A DNA stretch of 64,000 nucleotides, taken from positions 265,924 through 329,923 of the forward strand of contig JAMPKV010000010.1 of assembly GCA_039962225.1 (NCBI GenBank), given 5' to 3'. The position numbers and the translations under genes were made by a program. The first letter of the stretch is position 1. Each line of letters starts with the position of its first letter. The notes beneath the pieces were generated by a model. It was not told the origin of the DNA, made no database searches, and saw nothing but the letters and a program-made list of their open reading frames with translations. The stretch comes from Microcoleus sp. AS-A8. GTDB taxonomy: Bacteria > Cyanobacteriota > Cyanobacteriia > Cyanobacteriales > Coleofasciculaceae. Below, piece by piece: positions 1 to 8,230 of this stretch.

Positions 1-1436
1 AGCATCGCCCGGTAAAACACAGTTTGTCCCAAAGCACATTGCCTCCTGACTGCCGTGATTTTCTGAGCCTGTATTGGTTACATTGCATGTCGGTGCTGCA
101 CCAGAGTTGTAAAACACTTGTCGCAGCATGGACAGCAGATAGATCGGCGTTAGGATCACGCCTACGGCGGCTAAGAACACCGTCAGCGTGCGGAAGGGCG
201 AACTGTAGATATCGCTAGTTGTCACACCCACAAAGACTGAGAGTTCGCTGATAAAGCCGCTCATTCCAGGAAGTGCCAGTGATGCCATGGCAGCAGCTGT
301 AAACAAAGCAAACACTTTCGGCATCACTTGACCAATACCGCCCATCTCGTCCATCATCAGCGTGTGGGTGCGATCGTAGGTTACGCCGGCTAGGAAGAAC
401 AGCACCGAGGCAATTAAACCATGGGAGATCATTTGCAACAGTGCGCCACTGATACCCACGTCGGTGAAAGATGCAATCCCCAACAAGACAAAGCCCATGT
501 GGGAAACTGACGAATAGGCGAGGCGGCGCTTCATATTGGTCTGACCAAAGGAGGCAAAAGCGCCGTAGATAATGTTAACAATACCTAGAATGGCTAGAAT
601 CGGTGCAAAGTAAACGTGGGCATCGGGGAGAAGCTCTAGATTCAGGCGAATCAATCCATATCCGCCCATCTTCAGCAGCACACCCGCTAGAATCATCGAT
701 ACAGGAGCAGACGCTTCGCCGTGGGCGTCAGGTAACCAGGTGTGCAGAGGGAAAACCGCCAGCTTCACACCAAAGGCAATCAGTAATCCTGCATACAGGG
801 GTAATTCTAGAGCCAATGGATAATCTTTCATGGCGAGTTCGACCATATCGAAGGTGATATTGTCGCCGTAGAACGCCATGCCCAGCGCCGCCACCAGAAT
901 AAATATAGAAGCGGCTGCGGTATAGAGTAAGAATTTTGTAGCGGCGTAGCGACGCTTTTTGCCGCCCCAAATGGAGACGAGGAGGTAGACAGGAACCAGC
1001 TCCAGTTCCCACATAATGAATAGAAGTAGCACGTCTTGTGCGACAAACACCCCTATCTGGGCGGAATACAGCACCAGCATTAGGAAGTAGAACAGGCGAG
1101 GCTTATAATCGACTTGCCACGCCGCAAAAATTGCCAGTGTCGTCACCAATCCGGCTAGAAGCACGAGTGGGACAGACAAACCATCAACCGAGATTGCCCA
1201 GTTTAGACCTAACTGAGGCACCCAAGCATACTTCTCCGCGAGTTGAAAAGTAGCACTGCTCGCATCGTAATGCTTCCAAAAGACGTAGCACATCAAGACA
1301 AAGTCTGCGATACCTACACCCAGGGCATACCATCGCACGCGCTTGCCCTCTTTATCAGGCAGCACAGGGATGGCTAGGGAAGCAACGAGTGGGAGCAGGA
1401 TAATCGCGGTCAGCCAGGGGAATTGATCCGGCATCA
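1..1436 (-). CDS. ndhD: NAD(P)H-quinone oxidoreductase subunit 4 (NdhD). N-terminal ~478 codons lie in the window and the C-terminus lies beyond it.
   Basis: I translated the reverse complement by hand from the ATG at 1434-1436. It reads [54 protein letters not shown]... and continues as a polytopic membrane protein with the typical NdhD/NuoM N-terminus. The frame stays open to position 1, so it is absent from the ORF track because there is no in-window stop. Confidence 0.85.
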
Positions 1437-1790
1437 TGGCAGTAAGCAAAAATACTTAAGCTGTGGATGATGCTATTCTACTAAGCTTTGTAACGCTTTA
1501 TTGATAAGTCTTTAACCTAGATAAATATAGATAAATTCACGAGTTTAAGCTGATTGCCAAAATTTCCTTAATATGGTAATTGAGCCAGATGTTCGCTATT
1601 CACTCTCTGCTCAGCCTCTCAATACCTTGCCGATAATGATTCTGGAACGGGTGGAATCTTGCCTGTAGTCTTTACCCGCTCTTACCCAGGCACTCAAGGA
1701 TGAGAACGTCGATGTTCGCACCACGGCTACTAGTGCTTTAGGGCGCATTTGATCGCATTAGTCTCCCTGTCCATCAGATGCAGGAATTGG

Positions 1791-2372
1791 TTAGGTGCGA
1801 AACTGCCCTGTCCCTATGCAAGAATCGCCCTGTTTCAGTGGGCGATCGTGCCACAGCCTAGCACTTGTCACATCACAGATATTGCAAAATGCGGCTAGTG
1901 GACTCATAGCCCTTTCACGATTACTGTAATGATGCAGTTCGCCCTCAGCAAAGAATATTGCACGCTCTATATATGTGGGCAGTTGGAGTCCGTACTCTCC
2001 AAGCTTCTTTAGCCGAAAAGCATGAGTGTCCTCTTTTGAGCGAAACTCATCGTTTCTGCGCCAAGTTCCCTCGACTTGCGTATACGCCCACGGCTTTTCC
2101 AAATCATGTACAAAGAGTACAACCAGAGCATCTGATAGGGGAAACGGTAGAGGGCGCAGCTTGTTCAAAGTGTTGTAAAAGACAACCGCAATGTTCATCA
2201 CTTCATGCAGATGATCGATGTATCCGCCAGTCCAAGCCTGATGGTTGTTGGATGAGCTTCTCGCTGTCTGAAACAAGTTGCGATGTTCGGCAAAGAGATT
2301 TTGACAGCCGGATTTGTACGGCTCATCCATCCTCTGAAGAAGTTCATCGATTGTCAGATAGCGTGCAGACAT
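1791..2372 (-). CDS. HD-domain metal-dependent phosphohydrolase-like protein
   Basis: 193-aa ORF. Contains H..H (IDHLHEVMNIA) and HD (LFVHDLEKP) motifs spaced as in HD-superfamily hydrolases. The overlapping plus-strand ORF 1958-2374 is treated as a shadow ORF. Confidence 0.55.
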   Translation of the reverse strand: MSARYLTIDELLQRMDEPYKSGCQNLFAEHRNLFQTARSSSNNHQAWTGGYIDHLHEVMNIAVVFYNTLNKLRPLPFPLSDALVVLFVHDLEKPWAYTQVEGTWRRNDEFRSKEDTHAFRLKKLGEYGLQLPTYIERAIFFAEGELHHYSNRERAMSPLAAFCNICDVTSARLWHDRPLKQGDSCIGTGQFRT

Positions 2373-2702
2373 AGCGTAGTTGTCTAGTGTTTAACTATTA
2401 ATTCAACCTACTCTACAGCTTCCTTTAAAACGTTCCAAGTAGAGATAGCACTTTTTTCTTGAGTAATTCCATCAAAGCTGGCTTCATGTACTCATATTCA
2501 TCAGGGAGATCTAGGCAAATGACTCGCTTGTCTTTGATCTACGGCTGAAACATTCGAATTCATGTTTGACCTACCTCTCTAGCGCCTAGATAAGCAAGGG
2601 TCTACTAAACCAGTGCGACAAACAATATTCACCAAATAACAGATGGACGAAAAACAATTCCACGCTAATCTGTCTAAATAAACCCTAAGCAGGTATAGGG
2701 CA

Positions 2703-4634
2703 ATGGTGCGATTAAAACCGTGGCAGTGGGTCGTATTAGCAACCCCGATCGCAATTATCATCACCTTCCTACTAATCTCCGCAGGAAGGCAGATTCACGA
2801 ATGGGGCATTAATTGGATTTGGGCTGTATTCACCCTCTTATTAGTCGGTTGGCGTTGGCTGCTGGTGAAATGGACTCGAACTGAGGTAAACCAGCTAGAA
2901 GCCGCCTTAGCAGAAGTCAATCAAGAACTGGAATCTGCTGCCGACGCCACAACGGTACAGCCAACGGGAACCGACGCCACCAGTAAAGCCGAAATTGCCA
3001 TCCAAGACATCCTAAAAGAGGCACAAAACGATCCACCGATTTGGGAAGACTGGTCAGTTTTTTGGAAGCGATGCCAAGAAATTGTGGTTGCGATCGCCCA
3101 CATCTACCATCCGGAAGTAAAGTATCCCCTGCTTTCCATCTACGTTCCCCAGGCTTACGGATTAATTCGGGGAACAATGGATGACATGGATCGGTGGATG
3201 CAAAAGTTATCCCCTGCCCTCAATCAGGTTACAGTTGGGCAAGCCTACCAAGCCTACGAAGTCTACCGTAAGCTAGAGCCAACCGCCCGTAAATTCAGGC
3301 AAGTTTGGAACTGGGCGCAGTGGGTATTAAATCCGGCGGCAGCAGTCGCAAGAGTTGCCAGTCAAGGTTCCAGTAACCAAGCCACTCAGCAACTTTTGGT
3401 AAATTTAGGTCAGTCGTTACGGGCAGCGGCACTGCGAAACTTATGTCGGCAAGCGATCGCACTTTACGGCGGCACTACCCAGTTACCCTCAGATTTTGCT
3501 GCGACTACAACTACACCCACGCTACCCAAAGCGAAAACCCAAACCCTCCGAGAAATTCTCACTCAAGCCGAATCTACTGAAGCGGTTGAGCAAAAACCCG
3601 TCAATATTTTACTCGTGGGGCGAACGGGTTCTGGAAAAAGTAGCCTGATTAACACGTTGTTTCAAGCCGATCTCGCTGAAGTTGACGTATTGCCCAGTAC
3701 CGATCGCATTCAAAATTACCACTGGCAGTCCCAATCTGGAGAAACCCTGACGCTTTGGGATACTCCCGGGTACGAACAAGTCAACCGTGCCGATTTGCGG
3801 GAACTCGTACTCGACTATGCCAACAATGCCGATTTGCTGCTCCTCGTTACGCCTGCCCTCGATCCAGCTTTGCAAATGGATGTGGATTTTCTCAAAGACA
3901 TGAAGGCGGATATTGCAGACTTACCTGCGATCGCCATTGTCACTCAAGTGGATCGTCTGCGTCCTATTCGCGAGTGGGAACCCCCTTATGATTGGGAATG
4001 GGGCGATCGTCCCAAGGAAAAAGCGATTCGAGAAGCTACCGAGTATCGTGCCCAGTTGCTTGACAACTTCTGTGATTTTGTTCTACCTGTTGTAACGACT
4101 GATAGTAAAACAGGTCGAACGGCTTGGGGGGTGGACGCGCTATCGTTAGCATTGGTGGATGCGATCGACCCTGTTAAGCAACTGCGTCTTGCCCGCTTTT
4201 TGCGGAATTTGGAAGCGCGTACCGTGGCTGCGGCAAAAATTATCGATCACTACACTTTCCAGATGGCGACTACACAGGGACTCACGACGCTGCTGAAAAG
4301 TCCCGTCCTCCAGTTTCTGAGCACGCTGACAACCGGGCAGCCAACCCTGGCGTATCTGCTAGCCGAAAGAATTCCTGTGGAAGAGTTGCCGGTGGTTATT
4401 GGTAAACTCCAGATGGCCTATGACCTATTCTCGCTCTTGAGTTCGGGTGAGACTAACATTCGCAATTTTGACTTGCTATCTCTTTGGCCTTTACTGTTGG
4501 AAAACCCTGCTACATCCGATCGCAACGCTTGGGCATTTGGTCACGCATTGGTGGAATATTGGACTCAAAATCTGACAGTGGAACAACTGCGGGAACGGTT
4601 TGAGTATTACCTAAACACAACAGTGACTAGTTAA
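2703..4634 (+). CDS. Membrane-anchored P-loop GTPase (MMR_HSR1/YfjP-like G domain), N-terminal TM helices and coiled coil
   Basis: 643 aa. Two N-terminal hydrophobic helices (VLATPIAIIITFLLIS, WIWAVFTLLLVGWRWLLV). G1 LLVGRTGSGKSSLINTLF, G3 WDTPG, G4-like TQVD. ATG start at 2703. Confidence 0.7.
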   Translation: MVRLKPWQWVVLATPIAIIITFLLISAGRQIHEWGINWIWAVFTLLLVGWRWLLVKWTRTEVNQLEAALAEVNQELESAADATTVQPTGTDATSKAEIAIQDILKEAQNDPPIWEDWSVFWKRCQEIVVAIAHIYHPEVKYPLLSIYVPQAYGLIRGTMDDMDRWMQKLSPALNQVTVGQAYQAYEVYRKLEPTARKFRQVWNWAQWVLNPAAAVARVASQGSSNQATQQLLVNLGQSLRAAALRNLCRQAIALYGGTTQLPSDFAATTTTPTLPKAKTQTLREILTQAESTEAVEQKPVNILLVGRTGSGKSSLINTLFQADLAEVDVLPSTDRIQNYHWQSQSGETLTLWDTPGYEQVNRADLRELVLDYANNADLLLLVTPALDPALQMDVDFLKDMKADIADLPAIAIVTQVDRLRPIREWEPPYDWEWGDRPKEKAIREATEYRAQLLDNFCDFVLPVVTTDSKTGRTAWGVDALSLALVDAIDPVKQLRLARFLRNLEARTVAAAKIIDHYTFQMATTQGLTTLLKSPVLQFLSTLTTGQPTLAYLLAERIPVEELPVVIGKLQMAYDLFSLLSSGETNIRNFDLLSLWPLLLENPATSDRNAWAFGHALVEYWTQNLTVEQLRERFEYYLNTTVTS

Positions 4635-4636
4635 GT

Positions 4637-4855
4637 GTGATCACTCCAATCTCACGCTTCAAGTGGTGTTTCTTGAGGAGCAAACACAACTTGTCTGCCA
4701 TCGTTACTGCTTCAAGAATTCCAGAGGAATATATTGAAGCACTTGAGCTGTATTGCAAGACAACAGGGGCAACCAAGACAGGAACAGTTAGGATTCTGTT
4801 GCAAATCCTTAAAGATGAGCATTTATTAGCAATTGTGCGGATGTTGTCAATTTAG
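4637..4855 (+). CDS. Putative ribbon-helix-helix (CopG-like) small DNA-binding protein (speculative)
   Basis: 72-aa ORF starting 3 nt after the GTPase stop. The segment LSAIVTASRIPEEYIEALELYCKTTGATKTGTVRILLQIL fits the beta-strand/helix/helix pattern of RHH antitoxin-like proteins. There is no partner toxin gene adjacent. Confidence 0.3.
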   Translation: MITPISRFKWCFLRSKHNLSAIVTASRIPEEYIEALELYCKTTGATKTGTVRILLQILKDEHLLAIVRMLSI

Positions 4856-5037
4856 AACTGGGTTTTTGCCTCTTTAACATAGTCACAGAAAGCGGCGGAA
4901 AGGCCATTTCCTTGGCTGCCGGATCTCATAGGAGGATGGGATGAGCATTCCGTCTGCCGCTTGGTTCATAGTTCATAGTTCATAGAGCACAGAACCATGC
5001 ACCATGAACGTGTTAGCGTAGCGGGACTTGCGTCTAA

Positions 5038-5061
5038 TCCCACGTATAAGAAAGCGTGGGA
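5038..5061. repeat. Short hairpin repeat TCCCACG-N10-CGTGGGA. Member of a dispersed family (see 13390-13412, 13478-13498).
   Basis: tcccacgtataagaaagcgtggga is a 7-bp perfect stem. It is preceded at 4960-4985 by the tandem heptamer GTTCATA x3. Confidence 0.6.
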
Positions 5062-5127
5062 AGAGCTTAACGTATACTTGTTGTCAATTAACTAATATAC
5101 GCAAAAGCCATACCTCAGAGATTAGCT

Positions 5128-5835
5128 ATGTACATATTGATTGGTGGAGCAGGGTTAGTGGGGCTGAACTTAGCCCAAGAGTTAGTGGCATTGGGGCATA
5201 CAATTGCAGTCATTGATATTGACCCCGCAGCCTGCCGATATGCACGGGAGCAGGTGGGGGTGATGGCGTTTGAAGGTAGTGCCGTGAATACCCAATTGCT
5301 GCTAGAAGCGGGAATTCGCAAGGCCGATGCACTTGTTGCTGCCCTCCGGGATGATCCACTAAATCTGGCACTGATTACCCTTGCCAAACACTATGGCGTG
5401 CCTCATATTGTGACGCGGATGCGAAACCGGGATTTTGCCGAACCTTATCGTCTTGCAGGAGCTCATCACGTCATCGGCACGATTGACTTAGCCGTGAATA
5501 CAATGGTGACCGTCCTTGAATATCCTCAAGTGGAATCAATGATGCATTACGAGCAGGGACAGGTCGAAGTTTTCAAGCTGGCCATTCCACCAGATTCCCA
5601 TGTTGCGGGTCGTAGCGTTGCCCTAGTCGCTAAGGATGCCCGTTTTCCCGAAGGTTCTTTGATTATTGGCTATCAATCCCATCCTCATGCCGATCTAGTC
5701 ATTCCTAATGGCAATACTATGCTAGAGACAGGGTCAACCGTTCTAGTGGTGACTAAATCTGAACAGTTGCATCAGGTGGTTGATTATTTGGGTCTGCGTT
5801 CTAGTCATCCTCCAGCTTCAGAAGTTGTTCATTGA
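5128..5835 (+). CDS. TrkA/KtrA-family RCK protein (K+ transport NAD-binding regulatory subunit)
   Basis: MYILIGGAGLVGLNLAQELVALGHTIAVIDID... is a Rossmann GxGxxG RCK_N motif. The C-terminal half resembles RCK_C (TrkA_C). 235 aa. Confidence 0.8.
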   Translation: MYILIGGAGLVGLNLAQELVALGHTIAVIDIDPAACRYAREQVGVMAFEGSAVNTQLLLEAGIRKADALVAALRDDPLNLALITLAKHYGVPHIVTRMRNRDFAEPYRLAGAHHVIGTIDLAVNTMVTVLEYPQVESMMHYEQGQVEVFKLAIPPDSHVAGRSVALVAKDARFPEGSLIIGYQSHPHADLVIPNGNTMLETGSTVLVVTKSEQLHQVVDYLGLRSSHPPASEVVH

Positions 5836-7516
5836 GGGTTTTGATGCGCTCTTCAACCACTTCTTCGGAGAGAATCCGTCGGCGCAGAGCATCCGTGAGT
5901 GCCCCCTTTTCTGCGAGGAGCAATTGCCGACGAATCGCGTCTATCTTGGTGCGATCGCCAAGCGCGTCCGAAAGACTTTCGCTCTTACTGTCGTGCGATC
6001 GCCCTGGACGCTGGTTGTAGATATCCCGCAACGTTCTCTCAGACGCTGCCACCCGCACCTGATAAGCGGCTCGCATCTCTTCGTAGACGGCTTTGGGCAA
6101 AACTCCCGATTTGAACAAATTATCTAATTCATCCTGAGCGGCCTTAGCTGTCATGAGCTGGGCTTGCAATTCCTCAATCTGGTGGTACGATTCCGAGCGG
6201 TGAGCTACCTTTAAACGTCGCACAACCCAAGGCAGACTCAGCCCCTGTCCCACCAAAGACACCAAGACAATGCCCAAGACGATCGCAATCAGTTTCTCTC
6301 GTCCTGGCAACCCAAGCGGTAAGCTCAAAGCCAAGGCCGTTGAGAGCGAGCCTTTAATATTGCCCACAAACAGAACATGCCGCCAGCGCATTGGAATGGG
6401 TCGGTCAAAAAAACGAACCAACGCTAAAAGCGGATATACAGTGATTGCCCTCCCGACTTGATAGGCAATAAAGGCTAAGAAAACGGCTGGCAACGTCTGC
6501 CAGAGGGTAGTGAGATTAATCTCTAGACCAATGAGTAAAAAAATAAAGGTATTGACCCCAAAGCCAGCGTATTCCCAGAAGCTAAACAACGTTACTTGAG
6601 TCGAGGCTGAGGTTACTTGAGAATGCTCGAAGTTGCCAACAATCAATCCCGCTACAACAACAGCAACTACGCCGGATACGTGGAGAAACTGACCCGCTTG
6701 GAAGGCTCCCAAGGCAATGGCAACGGTGAGGAGAATGCTACTCAATGGGTCATCGGATTGGCTCAATAAACCAATACTGAGGTAGCCCAAGGCGGCACCG
6801 ACTAAGGCACCGCCGATGATGACGAACAAAAATTCCTGGACTACATATAAAGGGGATAATGAACCCGTCTTGTAAACCGTCAAAATCAGGCTAAATAAAA
6901 CTAGAGCCACATCATCGTTAACCAGACTTTCACCCTCAACTAGGGTGACCAAGCGGTGAGGCGCGGACACCTCCTTAAACACCGCAATCACTAGGGCTGT
7001 ATCTGTAATGGACAAAATCACACCGACCAATGAGGCGGGTATCCAATCTAAACCGAGTTCTAGTCTCAGTAAAACGGAGGTGATGCCAGCGCAGAGCAGA
7101 ATCCCCGGCCCCGCAAGCAGGGCGATGGGTTTAATCGTACTCCGCAGGCGACTGATATCTGTATTCAGTGCGGCTTCAAACAGCAGAATGGGCAAGAATA
7201 AATTGAAAATTAGGGAAGAGTCCAGGCGAATGCGATTGGTCTCAGGCAAAAGCTCAGTAATGGCTAGCCCTGCCAACACCAAACCCGCAATGTAAGGAAT
7301 ACGAAGTCGTCGCGATACTAGGGCAACCCCTGTGGCGACCAACAACAGGACGATCAAAACAGTTAATACTTCCGCCAGATTGCCCTCGTCGCCTGAGACG
7401 GGGACTGCCAAGAGGATGCGATCGCCAAGCATCCCGATAGGGTTATCGCGATAGCGAAGCGGTAGCGAGTTTACCAGCGTCAGCATCCCGATAGGGTTAT
7501 CGCCGAACCATTGCAT
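5801..7516 (-). CDS. Na+/H+ (cation:proton) antiporter, CPA1/NhaP type, with a long C-terminal cytoplasmic coiled-coil domain
   Basis: 571 aa, about 11 predicted TM helices, then a charged coiled-coil tail. It overlaps the trkA-like gene end by 35 nt (convergent). The N-terminus contains a duplicated RDNPIGML octapeptide arising from a 21-bp direct repeat. The true start may be at the internal M of MLGDRILLAVP. Confidence 0.8.
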   Translation of the reverse strand: MQWFGDNPIGMLTLVNSLPLRYRDNPIGMLGDRILLAVPVSGDEGNLAEVLTVLIVLLLVATGVALVSRRLRIPYIAGLVLAGLAITELLPETNRIRLDSSLIFNLFLPILLFEAALNTDISRLRSTIKPIALLAGPGILLCAGITSVLLRLELGLDWIPASLVGVILSITDTALVIAVFKEVSAPHRLVTLVEGESLVNDDVALVLFSLILTVYKTGSLSPLYVVQEFLFVIIGGALVGAALGYLSIGLLSQSDDPLSSILLTVAIALGAFQAGQFLHVSGVVAVVVAGLIVGNFEHSQVTSASTQVTLFSFWEYAGFGVNTFIFLLIGLEINLTTLWQTLPAVFLAFIAYQVGRAITVYPLLALVRFFDRPIPMRWRHVLFVGNIKGSLSTALALSLPLGLPGREKLIAIVLGIVLVSLVGQGLSLPWVVRRLKVAHRSESYHQIEELQAQLMTAKAAQDELDNLFKSGVLPKAVYEEMRAAYQVRVAASERTLRDIYNQRPGRSHDSKSESLSDALGDRTKIDAIRRQLLLAEKGALTDALRRRILSEEVVEERIKTLNEQLLKLEDD

Positions 7517-7682
7517 AGTGCCTACTCATTTAGATAAAGGACAGACCTAGGGTCAGGTTCTACAAAACTGCCCCTTGTATCTTAAGGGATGCACTCAAAC
7601 TCAACCTAAAGGGTTTTTTTATAGCAACCCTCAGATTTACGGCATTGCACCCACAGCCAATTTTTGCTCAAGCGGTAAACGT

Positions 7683-8057
7683 TTATTGGGTTACACCCGC
7701 ATCTTTCATATAACTCAACAACCAATTGGCGGCTGTAGCCCGACGAGTCTGCCGGGGGCCAAATTCCCCGATTTTGTAACCTTTAAAACCCAACTGATCT
7801 TTTAACAGTTGTTTATTGGCTGGCGGAATCGAGCGAGTCAATTTCACCGTTGCAGGACGGCTATCAATAAAGTTCGGTGGCTCTGGATATTCCTGTTGCC
7901 ATTCAGGAGCAACATGGCTAATATCCCATTGATTCCCGGTTGAATCATAGCGATATCCTAGATAGTGCCAAACCAGTTTGTTGACGGTATCATCTGCAAT
8001 TTCTTCATTCAATATTGCCCAGATGGTATCGGTAGTGAGTGAGGGTAGTTCAGACAT
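7683..8057 (-). CDS. Conserved cyanobacterial/plastid-lineage hypothetical protein (DUF1823-like; family assignment from memory)
   Basis: 124-aa ORF with no alternative competing frame. Sequence: MSELPSLTTDTIWAILNEEIADDTVNKLVWHYLGYRYD... Confidence 0.55.
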   Translation of the reverse strand: MSELPSLTTDTIWAILNEEIADDTVNKLVWHYLGYRYDSTGNQWDISHVAPEWQQEYPEPPNFIDSRPATVKLTRSIPPANKQLLKDQLGFKGYKIGEFGPRQTRRATAANWLLSYMKDAGVTQ

Positions 8058-8110
8058 CAGTCGGTATTATTTGTCAATAGCGATTTTTACGGGAGTGCAA
8101 CACAGTTGTT

Positions 8111-8139
8111 GTAGGGGCACGATAATATCGTGCCCCTAC
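8111..8139. promoter_or_regulatory. Perfect palindrome with 13-bp arms (GTAGGGGCACGAT-AAT-ATCGTGCCCCTAC). Operator or intrinsic terminator.
   Basis: Read directly from the sequence. It lies 54 bp upstream of the DUF1823-like gene start and 92 bp downstream of the histidine kinase stop (both on the minus strand). It is followed on the plus strand by TTTGTCTTCT. Confidence 0.4.
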
Positions 8140-8230
8140 TTTGTCTTCTATGCAACTAAAAAGTTTGCTCAAGTAGAGCGAAAAGTTGATGACTCTCACC
8201 AAAAGGGACATCAGTCGTATTCTCAGGCAA

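Noticed and set aside
1958-2374. 138-aa plus-strand ORF
   Set aside because: It is antisense to and fully overlaps the HD-domain ORF (1791-2372), which has recognisable H/HD motifs. It is a shadow frame.
5832-6127. Several 60-115 aa ORFs on the plus strand inside the antiporter gene
   Set aside because: They are antisense shadow ORFs within a well-supported 571-aa membrane transporter gene.
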